A DNA stretch of 64,000 nucleotides from an uncultured Solirubrobacterales bacterium (lineage in GTDB: Bacteria > Actinomycetota > Thermoleophilia > Solirubrobacterales > Solirubrobacteraceae). Made by a program: the position numbers and the translations under genes. The stretch spans positions 195,813 through 259,812 of the forward strand of contig CAWDJM010000016.1 of the NCBI GenBank assembly GCA_963802655.1, given 5' to 3'. This document shows positions 16,935 through 25,133 of the stretch, one piece after another. Within the stretch, counting starts at the first letter, position 1. Every line of letters starts with the position of its first letter. The notes beneath the pieces are model-generated. The model did no database searches. It had not been told where the DNA came from and worked only from the letters and a program-made list of their open reading frames with translations.

Positions 16935-19016
16935 CTACTTGACGTTGATCGTCTTGAGGCCCGAGTTGCTCGAGGCAAGTCCGTTCTGGTTGTTCACCAG
17001 CCGGAGCACCCAGCGCACGCCCTGCTTGAGCTTGAAGTGCGCCGTGAACGCGGTCTTGCCCTGCTTGACCTTGACCTTGGCCTTCTCGCCGAAGCTGGCC
17101 GAGCCGCCGGACGTCCGCATCGCGAGGACCTCGAGGGTCGCGCCGCCCTTGACGGCACCGGGCTTGATCGCGCCGTTGAGCGTGACCGAGCCCTTGTTGA
17201 CCTTGACCGACTTGAAGCTGACGCCGGTCTTGGGCTTGGCCTTCACGTTGACGTTCGTGGTGCGCGTACGCGCGGCCGTGACGACCTTCGAGTCGCTGTA
17301 TTTGACCTGGAGCAGCCACTTGCCCGGCGCGAGCTTCGCGACCGCCGCGAAGTTGGCGTCGTTGGCGGCCAGCTTCGTTGTGGCGACCTTCTTGAAGCCC
17401 TTCTTCGATCCGACCTGCTTGGCCAGGATCGTGACGGCTGCCTTGCTGGAGTGGCTGTTGCCCGGTGACACCGTTCCGAAGATCAGCGCCTGACCGGTCT
17501 GCGCCCGCACGTTGAGCTTCGTGATCGCGCTGGTGACCGAGACCTTGGACTGAGCGGTCACGGCCGGCGACAGCAGGTCGCCGAACACCGGGTTCAGCTT
17601 GCTGTCCTCGATCATGGAGATCTGTGCGGTCGACACCACGTAGTTGCCGGTCTTGGGCGGGACGAAGCTGATGCTGAACTTCCCGTTGCCGTCCGTCTTG
17701 CCCTTGGCGACCTGCACCTGCACGTTGCCGTTGAGGTTGGCGATCGAGACCTGCTTGCCCGACAGCACCGGATAACCGGGCTGCGCGTTGGTCAGCGTGC
17801 CCTTCACGGTCACCTTCTTGCCGGCGGCGGCGACGAACTTCCCGGGGAATCGCGTGCCCGACAGGAGCGGCGACGCGGTCGGCGTGAACGGAGCGCCGCC
17901 GGTGTCGGCGGTGTGGGCCAGGTAGGCGCCGACCTGCTTCTGCACGTCCGGCGACGTGATGTAGTTCATGAACGCCTGAGCGGCGGGCAGATTCACCGTC
18001 TGGCCGGGCTTGTTCGGATTGATGATGTAGCCGTGGAAGTAGTTGATCAGCTCGAACTGACCACCGGGCGCCGAGGCGCTGTTGTCACGCGAGACGATCG
18101 TCAGCGCCGGAATCGCCCCGGCCGGGTCGGTCCCGGACGCGAGGTAGTCATACGTGCCGCGGTCGGTGAACACGTAGCACGAGTTGGGGCCGCTGGGGAA
18201 GCCGTTGCAGGCGTTGGCCGCCTGTACGTTGGGACCCTGGGTCAGGCCCGTGGCCACGTACCACTTCGGCAGCGCGGCGCCCTTGGGCAGCGCGCCGGCG
18301 CCTGGGCACTCCTGGCCGGAGGCGGTCACGCCCTGGCCTGCCGCGATCGGGGTCCACCCACCGCCGTTGGCGGAGCTGACCCCGCACAGCAGCAACCCGG
18401 CCGGACTTAGACCCGACTGCGCCATCAGCTGCCAGATCAGGTGCTCCTGGACGGTCGTGCCGGGGGTTCCCCCGCGGGACACGAACGTCGACTTACCGGC
18501 GATCCCGGACGCCGCGACGCCGGCGAATGCCCGCGCGATGTCGTGAAGGCCAGTGGTCTTGACGCCCGCCGGATCGGCGTTGGGTCCGCCGAGCACGAAG
18601 TCGTTGATCCACAGCGCGCGGCCGTACTGCTCCTGCGAGTAACCGTTCGCGACGAACTGGTTCTCGAGCGAGGCGGCGTGGACGATCAGGACGCTGGCGC
18701 CGGCGGAGCCGGACTCGGCAGTCGAGATCGCGTTACCGGTCCCGGTCCCGATGTACTTGAACGCGTACTGGGGGAACTGCTTCTGGAAGCCGGGCTGGAT
18801 CACATTTGGAATCAGTCCGGAGTCACTCACGTCGCTCGTACCGATGACGGTCAGAGTCGACGACGTATCGGCGCTCGCCATCCCAGGAGCGATCATCATG
18901 ATCGCGGCCGCGGCGAGGGCCAGGACGGGAGCCAGGACTATCTTTCGTGCCCCGACTCGTCCCGGTGTTTGGCGCGTCCATCCGAGACGGCAGCGCGGGA
19001 TAAGTATTTCAAACAT
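16935..19016 (-). CDS. TupA-like periplasmic-binding-protein domain fused to three Ig-like beta-sandwich repeats (exported)
   Basis: The signal peptide is ...VLAPVLALAAAAIMMIAPGMASA. The PBP part contains LTVIGTSDVSDSGL and KSTFVSRGGTPGTTVQEHLIWQL (compare TupA FISRGD.SGTH..E..LW). The C-terminal roughly 300 aa is repetitive and K/V/T-rich, in CarboxypepD_reg-like modules. ATG 19016 is the only canonical start that retains the signal peptide. Confidence 0.75.
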   Translation of the reverse strand: MFEILIPRCRLGWTRQTPGRVGARKIVLAPVLALAAAAIMMIAPGMASADTSSTLTVIGTSDVSDSGLIPNVIQPGFQKQFPQYAFKYIGTGTGNAISTAESGSAGASVLIVHAASLENQFVANGYSQEQYGRALWINDFVLGGPNADPAGVKTTGLHDIARAFAGVAASGIAGKSTFVSRGGTPGTTVQEHLIWQLMAQSGLSPAGLLLCGVSSANGGGWTPIAAGQGVTASGQECPGAGALPKGAALPKWYVATGLTQGPNVQAANACNGFPSGPNSCYVFTDRGTYDYLASGTDPAGAIPALTIVSRDNSASAPGGQFELINYFHGYIINPNKPGQTVNLPAAQAFMNYITSPDVQKQVGAYLAHTADTGGAPFTPTASPLLSGTRFPGKFVAAAGKKVTVKGTLTNAQPGYPVLSGKQVSIANLNGNVQVQVAKGKTDGNGKFSISFVPPKTGNYVVSTAQISMIEDSKLNPVFGDLLSPAVTAQSKVSVTSAITKLNVRAQTGQALIFGTVSPGNSHSSKAAVTILAKQVGSKKGFKKVATTKLAANDANFAAVAKLAPGKWLLQVKYSDSKVVTAARTRTTNVNVKAKPKTGVSFKSVKVNKGSVTLNGAIKPGAVKGGATLEVLAMRTSGGSASFGEKAKVKVKQGKTAFTAHFKLKQGVRWVLRLVNNQNGLASSNSGLKTINVK

Positions 19017-19575
19017 GCGCCGAATATATAGGCATTGCTTAGGCAAACACGGTTCCCACTCGTATTCAGACCGCGTGGCTGGCCCCGCTGAGACCCGTGC
19101 AAGACCTAGATGCAGGCTGGCGTTCCGCCCGTTGATCGGGATCGCCGTCGCCGTCGCGGTCACGGCGTGCGGCAGCTCCTACACCAAGCAGGATTTCATC
19201 GCCCGCGCTAACGGGATCTGCACCGACACGCTGGGCCAGACCCGGGCGATCGCGCCGTCCGGCGCGCCCCAGAGCAACCGAGCCCTGGCTGCCTACCTGC
19301 GCCAGGTGCAGCCGATCCTCCAGCAGGAGGCGACCCAGCTGCGAGCCCTGCGGCGACCGCCCGGCAGCGACGCCGACAAGGCGGCGCTCGACCGCTACCT
19401 GTCGGCGCTCGACGGCCAGGTGGCCGCGACCAAGCGACTGCGGGACGCCGCCGCCCGTAACGACGGCGACGGGGTGTCCGCGGCCGAGAACGACCTGCAG
19501 GCGAGCCAGGCCGCCTCGCTGGCCGCGAGGTACGGCCTGAAGTCCTGCGCAGCGCCTGGCTCGACCGCCGTCTGA
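19015..19575 (+). CDS. putative lipoprotein, function unknown
   Basis: Lipobox AVAVTACGS, followed by a helical domain with paired Cys residues (ICTD...LKSCAAP). The start is uncertain. ATG 19015 is the only canonical start upstream of the signal peptide, and TTG 19132 is an alternative. Confidence 0.55.
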   Translation: MRRIYRHCLGKHGSHSYSDRVAGPAETRARPRCRLAFRPLIGIAVAVAVTACGSSYTKQDFIARANGICTDTLGQTRAIAPSGAPQSNRALAAYLRQVQPILQQEATQLRALRRPPGSDADKAALDRYLSALDGQVAATKRLRDAAARNDGDGVSAAENDLQASQAASLAARYGLKSCAAPGSTAV

Positions 19576-19599
19576 GGCGGTACCGTCCGGGTCAACGTA

Positions 19600-19995
19600 A
19601 TGCCCCCGGATCTGTCACTCGGCGAAGCGGCGGCGGCGCTCGGCGTCAGCGTCGACACGCTGCGCCGGTGGGACCGCAACGGCCGCCTGCGGACCAAGCG
19701 CGACAGCCGCAACCGCCGCCTGGTGCCCGCGTCGGAGATCCGCCGCCTCAGCGCGCGCCCGACTCGGCACCGGACCGGCACCGAGGGCTCGGCGCGCAAC
19801 CGCTTCAGCGGGGTCATCCGCTCGGTCGAGGCCGACGGAGTGATGGCGCTGGTCGAGCTCGAGGCCGGCCCGTTCCTGGTCACAGCGGCGATCACCCGGG
19901 ACTCGATCGAGGAGCTCGGCCTGGCCGCCGGCGTCGAGGCGACCGCGGTCGTCAAGGCCACCTCGGTGATGATCGAGCGCGGCGGGACCGCCTAG
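19600..19995 (+). CDS. MerR/excisionase-type HTH fused to Mop/TOBE molybdate-binding domain (ModE-like regulator)
   Basis: 131 aa. The HTH is LGEAAAALGVSVDTLRRWDRNGRL, and the Mop part is SARNRFSGVIRSVEADGVMALVELEAGPFLVTAAITRDSIEELGLAAGVEATAVVKATSVMI. Confidence 0.8.
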   Translation: MPPDLSLGEAAAALGVSVDTLRRWDRNGRLRTKRDSRNRRLVPASEIRRLSARPTRHRTGTEGSARNRFSGVIRSVEADGVMALVELEAGPFLVTAAITRDSIEELGLAAGVEATAVVKATSVMIERGGTA

Positions 19996-20522
19996 CCCGA
20001 GCCCAGCAGCTCGTCGATGAACCTGATCGCCGCCCGCGTCGACTCGAGCCGCCACCTGATCAGCACCCGGTCGAACCCGTCGGCGGCCTCAGCCGCCTCC
20101 TCCAGCCGGCGCTCCTGAGCCGAGAAGCTCTCGCGCTGGGCATCAAGCAGCGGTGCCGGGTCCTGGCCGCGCCTGCTGAGGAACAGGAGCTTGAGCATCA
20201 GCAGCGAGCGCGCCTCGCGCACGTGACCGACCGGCTCCACCAGCCACTCGTCGACGGCCGCACGCCCGCCGTCGGTCGCCGCGACCACCGTGCGCCGCGG
20301 GCCCGAGGGGCTGGGCACGGTCCCGGTCGGCGCCGCGAACCCCATCTCCGACAGCGAGTCGATCGCCCGGTAGACGAGTGGGCGCCGGACCGACCACACC
20401 TTGCCGATCTCGCCGTCGGGCGCGAGCGCGCGGCCGACCGCGAACCCGTGCGTCGGCTCCTCGGCCAGCAACGCCAGCACGGCCCAGTCGCCGGCTCCGA
20501 GTTCGTACCGTGATCGCGCCAT
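19992..20522 (-). CDS. PadR-family transcriptional regulator
   Basis: 176 aa. The winged helix is WAVLALLAEEPTHGFAVGRAL...WSVRRPLVYRAIDSLSEMG. Confidence 0.85.
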   Translation of the reverse strand: MARSRYELGAGDWAVLALLAEEPTHGFAVGRALAPDGEIGKVWSVRRPLVYRAIDSLSEMGFAAPTGTVPSPSGPRRTVVAATDGGRAAVDEWLVEPVGHVREARSLLMLKLLFLSRRGQDPAPLLDAQRESFSAQERRLEEAAEAADGFDRVLIRWRLESTRAAIRFIDELLGSG

Positions 20523-20572
20523 CTGACCCCAGACGCTAACGGCGCCCGGCCGGTTTCGATTGTTTCTTGCGT

Positions 20573-20630
20573 GGTAGTCAGATTTGGACTACCTTGCGCA
20601 ACCAGCGTCGGTAGTCAACGTCGGACTACC
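20573..20630. promoter_or_regulatory. two identical-arm palindromes GGTAGTC-N7-GACTACC (candidate PadR operators)
   Basis: The sites are at 20573-20593 and 20610-20630, with perfect 7-bp arms and centres 37 bp apart. They lie in the divergent spacer between the PadR gene and the aldehyde dehydrogenase gene. Confidence 0.55.
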
Positions 20631-20688
20631 GAGAGCGCGGGTAGCACCCGTCATCCGCGAGCGCCGCTCGCGCAGAGAGGAGAACACC

Positions 20689-22179
20689 ATGGCCGTAGCC
20701 GTACCCGAACAGCAGGCGGACAGCTTCGTTCGCTCCCAGCACAAGCTTCTGATCGGCGGCGAGTGGGTCGAGCCCGCATCTGGCGAGACCTTCGAGACGA
20801 TCAACCCTGCCACCGAGGAGACCCTGGCCGAGGTGTCCTACGGACAGGCCGAGGACATCGACCGCGCCGTACGCGCGGCTCGCAAGGCTTTCGACGAGGA
20901 CTCTCCGTGGCGGAAGATGAACGCGTCGGACCGCGGACGGATGATCTGGAAGATCTCCGAGCTGATCGAGGAGAACGCCGACGAGCTGGCCATGCTCGAG
21001 ACGCTCGACAACGGCAAGCCGTTCGCGATTGCGCGCGCCGCCGACGTGGCGCTCGCGGCCGACCTGTTCCGCTACATGGCCGGGTGGCCGACGAAGATCG
21101 AGGGCACGACCGTCCCGATCTCGGCGCTCCCCGCCCCCGGCGAGTACCTCGCCTACACGCTGCGTGAGCCGGTCGGTGTCGTCGGCCAGATCATCCCGTG
21201 GAACTTCCCGTTGCTGATGGCGGCCTGGAAGCTCGGGCCCGTGCTGGCCTGCGGCTGCACCGTGGTGCTCAAGCCCGCTGAGCAGACACCGCTGTCGGCG
21301 CTGCGCCTCGGCGAGCTGATCCAGGAGGCCGGTCTGCCCGACGGCGTCGTCAACATCGTCACTGGGTTCGGCGACACCGGCGCGGCGCTGGCCGCCCACG
21401 ACGACGTCGACAAGGTCGCGTTCACCGGCTCGACCGAGGTCGGCAAGCTGATCGTCCAGGCGGCCGCCGGCAACCTGAAGAAGGTCAGCCTCGAGCTCGG
21501 CGGCAAGTCGCCGAACGTCGTCTACGCGGACGCCGACATGGAGGCTGCGATCCCGGGCGCGGCCAATGCGATCTTCTTCAACCACGGGCAGTGCTGCAAC
21601 GCGGGCTCGCGCCTGTACGTCCAGAAGCAGATCTTCGACGACGTCGTGTCGGGCGTGTCCGACATCGCCAACTCGATCCAGGTAAAGCCCGGGACCGACC
21701 CCGCGGCGCAGATGGGGCCACTGATCTCCGACGAGCAGTTCTCCAAGGTGCTCGGCTACCTGAAGTCCGGCAAGGAGTCGGGCGCGCAGGCCGCCGTCGG
21801 CGGCGACCGCGTCGGCGACCGCGGCTACTTCGTGGCGCCGACCGTGCTGACCGAGACCTCGCCCGACATGAAGGTCGAGCGCGAGGAGATCTTCGGCCCG
21901 GTCGTATGCGCGATTCCGTTCGACTCGGCGGACGAGATCATCACCCCGGCCAACGACACCAACTACGGCCTCGCGGCCGGAGTGTTCACCAGGGACATCT
22001 CCAAGGCGCACAGGACCGCCAAGCGCCTACGGGCCGGGACCGTGTGGATCAACACGTACCACGTGTTCGACGCCGCGATGCCGTTCGGCGGCTACAAGGA
22101 GTCCGGTTGGGGACGGGAGATGGGTCACGCCGTCCTGAACAACTACCTGGAGACGAAGTCGGTCGTCACGGCCCTGTGA
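20689..22179 (+). CDS. NAD(P)-dependent aldehyde dehydrogenase
   Basis: 496 aa from ATG 20689, with GAGAGGAG upstream. ALDH signatures are present: FTGSTEVGK, ELGGKSP and FFNHGQCCNAGSR (catalytic Cys). Confidence 0.9.
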   Translation: MAVAVPEQQADSFVRSQHKLLIGGEWVEPASGETFETINPATEETLAEVSYGQAEDIDRAVRAARKAFDEDSPWRKMNASDRGRMIWKISELIEENADELAMLETLDNGKPFAIARAADVALAADLFRYMAGWPTKIEGTTVPISALPAPGEYLAYTLREPVGVVGQIIPWNFPLLMAAWKLGPVLACGCTVVLKPAEQTPLSALRLGELIQEAGLPDGVVNIVTGFGDTGAALAAHDDVDKVAFTGSTEVGKLIVQAAAGNLKKVSLELGGKSPNVVYADADMEAAIPGAANAIFFNHGQCCNAGSRLYVQKQIFDDVVSGVSDIANSIQVKPGTDPAAQMGPLISDEQFSKVLGYLKSGKESGAQAAVGGDRVGDRGYFVAPTVLTETSPDMKVEREEIFGPVVCAIPFDSADEIITPANDTNYGLAAGVFTRDISKAHRTAKRLRAGTVWINTYHVFDAAMPFGGYKESGWGREMGHAVLNNYLETKSVVTAL

Positions 22180-23096
22180 GGATCTCGGCATCGCCCGCCC
22201 CCTACGCCCCGTCGCTGCATCCGGGCAGCCCGGGGCGTTGGGACCGGGACTCGATCATCGAGGCATTGGGCGCCTGGGCCAACGAGGTCGGCAGCGCCCC
22301 GCGCCGGCAGGACTGGTCGGGCGAACGGCCGCAGTGCGCCGCGCCGGCGCAGCGCAAGTGGATGCGGGAGCACCCACGCTGGCCGTCGAGCTCATGCGTC
22401 GCGAACCACTTCGGCTCCTGGAGCAAGGCGCTCCAGGCCGCCGACCTACCCGCGCGGTGCCTGACGTTTGAGGACTCGGTCTGTGAGCGCGTCGAGACGG
22501 CGTGGCGGCTGGCCGCCGCCGGGCACACGTTGCGGACGATCGCCGACCAGCTCGGGGTGTCGGTCTCGAGCGTCAACAACTACCTGCGCGCCCGCGCTTG
22601 CCCGGACTGCGGCGGCCCGGTGACCAACCCGCGCGCCGCCCGCTGCCGGACGTGCACCGTGCACGAGCCCACGACCCCCCGGGCCTGGAAGCACGACGGG
22701 GTGTGCGCGGCGATCCGCGAGTGGCAGCTCGAGCACGGGCGGCCTCCCCGCTACCACGAGTGGACACCGTCGCGCACCGAGCCCGGCCGCTGGGAGGCCG
22801 AGAGCCCGCGGTGGCCCAGCGCAGCGGTCGTCTGCGAGCTCTACTGCGAGCACGGCGACCCGTGGAACGCGGCGCTCGCCGACGCCGGCGCCGAGATCCG
22901 CTTCCGCCGCTGGTCAGACGACGCGATCCGCGCCGCGCTGGCCGGCTTCTGGGCCCGCACGGCCCGCGCTCCCGAGGCCGCGGACCTTCGAACCGAAGCG
23001 TGGCAGGGACCGACCGCGCCGACGATCAGACGTCGCTACGGCACGATCGAACGGGCCTGGGACCTGCTCGGCCCGGTCCCCGTGTCGCCTGCCTGA
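22176..23096 (+). CDS. protein with three homing-endonuclease-associated (HNH_repeat-like) repeats, a central HTH and a zinc ribbon
   Basis: The repeats are WDRDSIIEALGAWANEVG...FGSWSKALQAADL, WKHDGVCAAIREWQLEHGRPP...WNAALADAG and WSDDAIRAALAGFWARTARAP...IERAWDLLG. The HTH is TLRTIADQLGVSVSSVNNYL and the ribbon is CPDCGG...CRTC. The GTG 22176 start overlaps the ALDH stop (GTGA). Confidence 0.6.
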   Translation: MRISASPAPYAPSLHPGSPGRWDRDSIIEALGAWANEVGSAPRRQDWSGERPQCAAPAQRKWMREHPRWPSSSCVANHFGSWSKALQAADLPARCLTFEDSVCERVETAWRLAAAGHTLRTIADQLGVSVSSVNNYLRARACPDCGGPVTNPRAARCRTCTVHEPTTPRAWKHDGVCAAIREWQLEHGRPPRYHEWTPSRTEPGRWEAESPRWPSAAVVCELYCEHGDPWNAALADAGAEIRFRRWSDDAIRAALAGFWARTARAPEAADLRTEAWQGPTAPTIRRRYGTIERAWDLLGPVPVSPA

Positions 23097-23129
23097 CCCG
23101 AGCACACTCACAGACGCAGAAGGGGCGCG

Positions 23130-23420
23130 ATGACGACCGTTGACCTGGCCCGCCAGGAGCTTCTGATCGGCGGCGATTGGACCGAAGCCCGCTCCGGGCG
23201 CGAGTACCACCAGAACTTCCCGTTCACCGGCTCCCCCGCGGGTACAGCCGCCGCCGCGGGGCGCGGGGAGGCCCGCGCCGCTGTCGACGCGGCCGCTGCC
23301 GCATTCGGAGAGTGGTCGCGCAGGGCGCCGGCGATGCGGCGGGCGATCCTCTCCAAGGCCGCCGACCTGTTGATGGAGCGACAGGTGGAGATCGCCGGGA
23401 TCGTCACCGAGGAGACCGGA
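23130..23420 (+). pseudogene. aldehyde dehydrogenase N-terminal remnant (about 97 codons)
   Basis: MTTVDLARQELLIGGDWTEA...AFGEWSRRAPAMRRAILSKAADLLMERQVEIAGIVTEETG aligns with ALDH N-termini. Similarity stops where the convergent gene ends (23430), and the rest of ORF 23130..23849 is antisense read-through. Confidence 0.6.
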
Positions 23421-23429
23421 GTACCCGAT

Positions 23430-25133
23430 CTAGGCGCCCCGGCTGATGGGCGCGGCGAGGCGCTGGTGAATCAGCCGCACCGCCATCGACCCCTCGCCGA
23501 CCGCGGAGGCGACGCGCTTGATCGACCCCGAATGGACGTCGCCGACGGCGAAGATCCCGGGCTGGCTTGTCTCCAGGAAGTAGGGGCGCTCGCTGCCGTA
23601 GGCGCCCAGCTGGTCGTCGCGCAGGTCTCGCCCGGCTACCAGGAAGCCGTGCTCGTCCATCTCCACGTGGCCCCGGAGCCAGTCGGTGCGCGGGTCGGCG
23701 CCGATGAACACGAACAGCGCCTTGACGTCCAGCTCGCGCTGCTCGCCGGTGCGCTTGTCGTTGACCACGACCCCCTCGAGGCCCTGCTCGCCCTTCAGTT
23801 CGACGACCTCGGACTGGGTGACCAACTCGACCTGAGGCCGGTTGGATAGCTCGTCGATCAGGTACCGCGACATCGACTTCGCGAGGTCGTCGCCGCGGAT
23901 CATCAGCCTGCAGCTGGAGGCGTGTTGGGAGAGGAACATCGCCGCCTGGCCGGCGGAGTTGCCGCCGCCGACGATCAGCACCGGGTCGCCGTAGCAGAGC
24001 AGCGCCTCTGACTGGGTCGCGGCGTAGTACACGCCCACCCCCTCGAAGCGTTCGAGCCCGGGGACCGGCAGCTTGCGGTAGTGGGCTCCGGTGGCCACGA
24101 TCAGGGTGCGCCCGTTGACCTCGTCGCCGCCGGCCAGCTTGATCGCGAAGTGGCCGTCCTCGCGCTCGAGGCCTACGGCCTCGGCCGGCACGACCATCCG
24201 GGCGCCCAGGCGCTTGGCTTGGATCTGCGCGCGCTCGGCGAGCTCGCTGCCCGAGACCCCGGTGGGGAAACCGAGGTAGTTCTCGATCCGCGCCGAGGTG
24301 CTGGCCTGGCCGCCGAAGGCGACCGCGTCGATCGCCTGCGTGTCGAGACCTTCGGAGGCGCCGTACAGGGCCGCCGACAGTCCCGCCGGCCCGCCGCCCA
24401 CGACCACCAGGTCGCACAGCGGCGGCGGCGTCCCGCGGGCGCTCAGGCCGAGCAGCTGGGCCACGTCGGCGTTCGACGGGTTGCGCAGCACTCCGCGCGC
24501 TCCCACCACCACCGGGGTCTCCGACGCCGCGACGCCGAGCGCTCGCAGCAGCGACTCAGCCTCCTCGTCGGCCTCCAGGTCCACCCAGTGGTGGGGCACC
24601 CGGTTGCGGGTCAGGAACTCGCGCAGCCGGCGGGTATCCGGCGAGTAGCGCGAGCCGATCACTCGCACGCCGCCGCCGATCTCGATCAGCAGCGACCTTC
24701 GGGCCAGGTAGGCGCGAAGGATCAGGTTGCTGAGCTCCTCGTCGCGGGCGACCAGCTCGCGCAGGCGATCGAGCGGGACGTGGATCAGCTCGCCGGCGTC
24801 GCGGACGACCGCGGTCAGATACACCCGCCCGCCGGTCAACAGGTTCAACTCGCCGAGGAAGCGGTGACGTCCGTGGATCGCGATCACGTGGTTCTCGGTG
24901 CCGTAGCCGCGGACGATCGCGACCGCCCCCGACTCGACCACGAAGAAGTCGTAGCTGTCGTCGCCATCCTGGAATAGCACTTCGCCCGGCGCGACCTTGC
25001 GCAGCTCGCCGACCGCGAGCAGCCGCGCGCGCTGGTCGTCGTCGAGCCTCGGGAACGCGCCGTTGCGATCCGGCGGCTCCTCGATCCCGACGCCGAGTGG
25101 CTCCCCCGCTGCCTCCTCGCTGTCGGAGCTCAC
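23430..25133 (-). CDS. cyclic-nucleotide-binding domain fused to thioredoxin-reductase-like FAD/NAD(P) oxidoreductase
   Basis: The cNMP domain is FPRLDDDQRARLLAVGELRKVAPGEVLFQDGDDSYDFFVVESG...FLGELNLL. The TrxR-like part has VVVGGGPAGLSAALY and VGGGNSAGQAAMFL. The GTG 25133 start overlaps the upstream stop (GTGA). The longer 653-aa ORF would overlap the upstream gene. Confidence 0.8.
   Translation of the reverse strand: MSSDSEEAAGEPLGVGIEEPPDRNGAFPRLDDDQRARLLAVGELRKVAPGEVLFQDGDDSYDFFVVESGAVAIVRGYGTENHVIAIHGRHRFLGELNLLTGGRVYLTAVVRDAGELIHVPLDRLRELVARDEELSNLILRAYLARRSLLIEIGGGVRVIGSRYSPDTRRLREFLTRNRVPHHWVDLEADEEAESLLRALGVAASETPVVVGARGVLRNPSNADVAQLLGLSARGTPPPLCDLVVVGGGPAGLSAALYGASEGLDTQAIDAVAFGGQASTSARIENYLGFPTGVSGSELAERAQIQAKRLGARMVVPAEAVGLEREDGHFAIKLAGGDEVNGRTLIVATGAHYRKLPVPGLERFEGVGVYYAATQSEALLCYGDPVLIVGGGNSAGQAAMFLSQHASSCRLMIRGDDLAKSMSRYLIDELSNRPQVELVTQSEVVELKGEQGLEGVVVNDKRTGEQRELDVKALFVFIGADPRTDWLRGHVEMDEHGFLVAGRDLRDDQLGAYGSERPYFLETSQPGIFAVGDVHSGSIKRVASAVGEGSMAVRLIHQRLAAPISRGA

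Noticed and set aside
23421-23849. The remainder of ORF 23130..23849 as part of a full gene.
   Set aside because: After residue 97 or so the translation loses all ALDH similarity. It is antisense to the 3' end of the TrxR-like gene.
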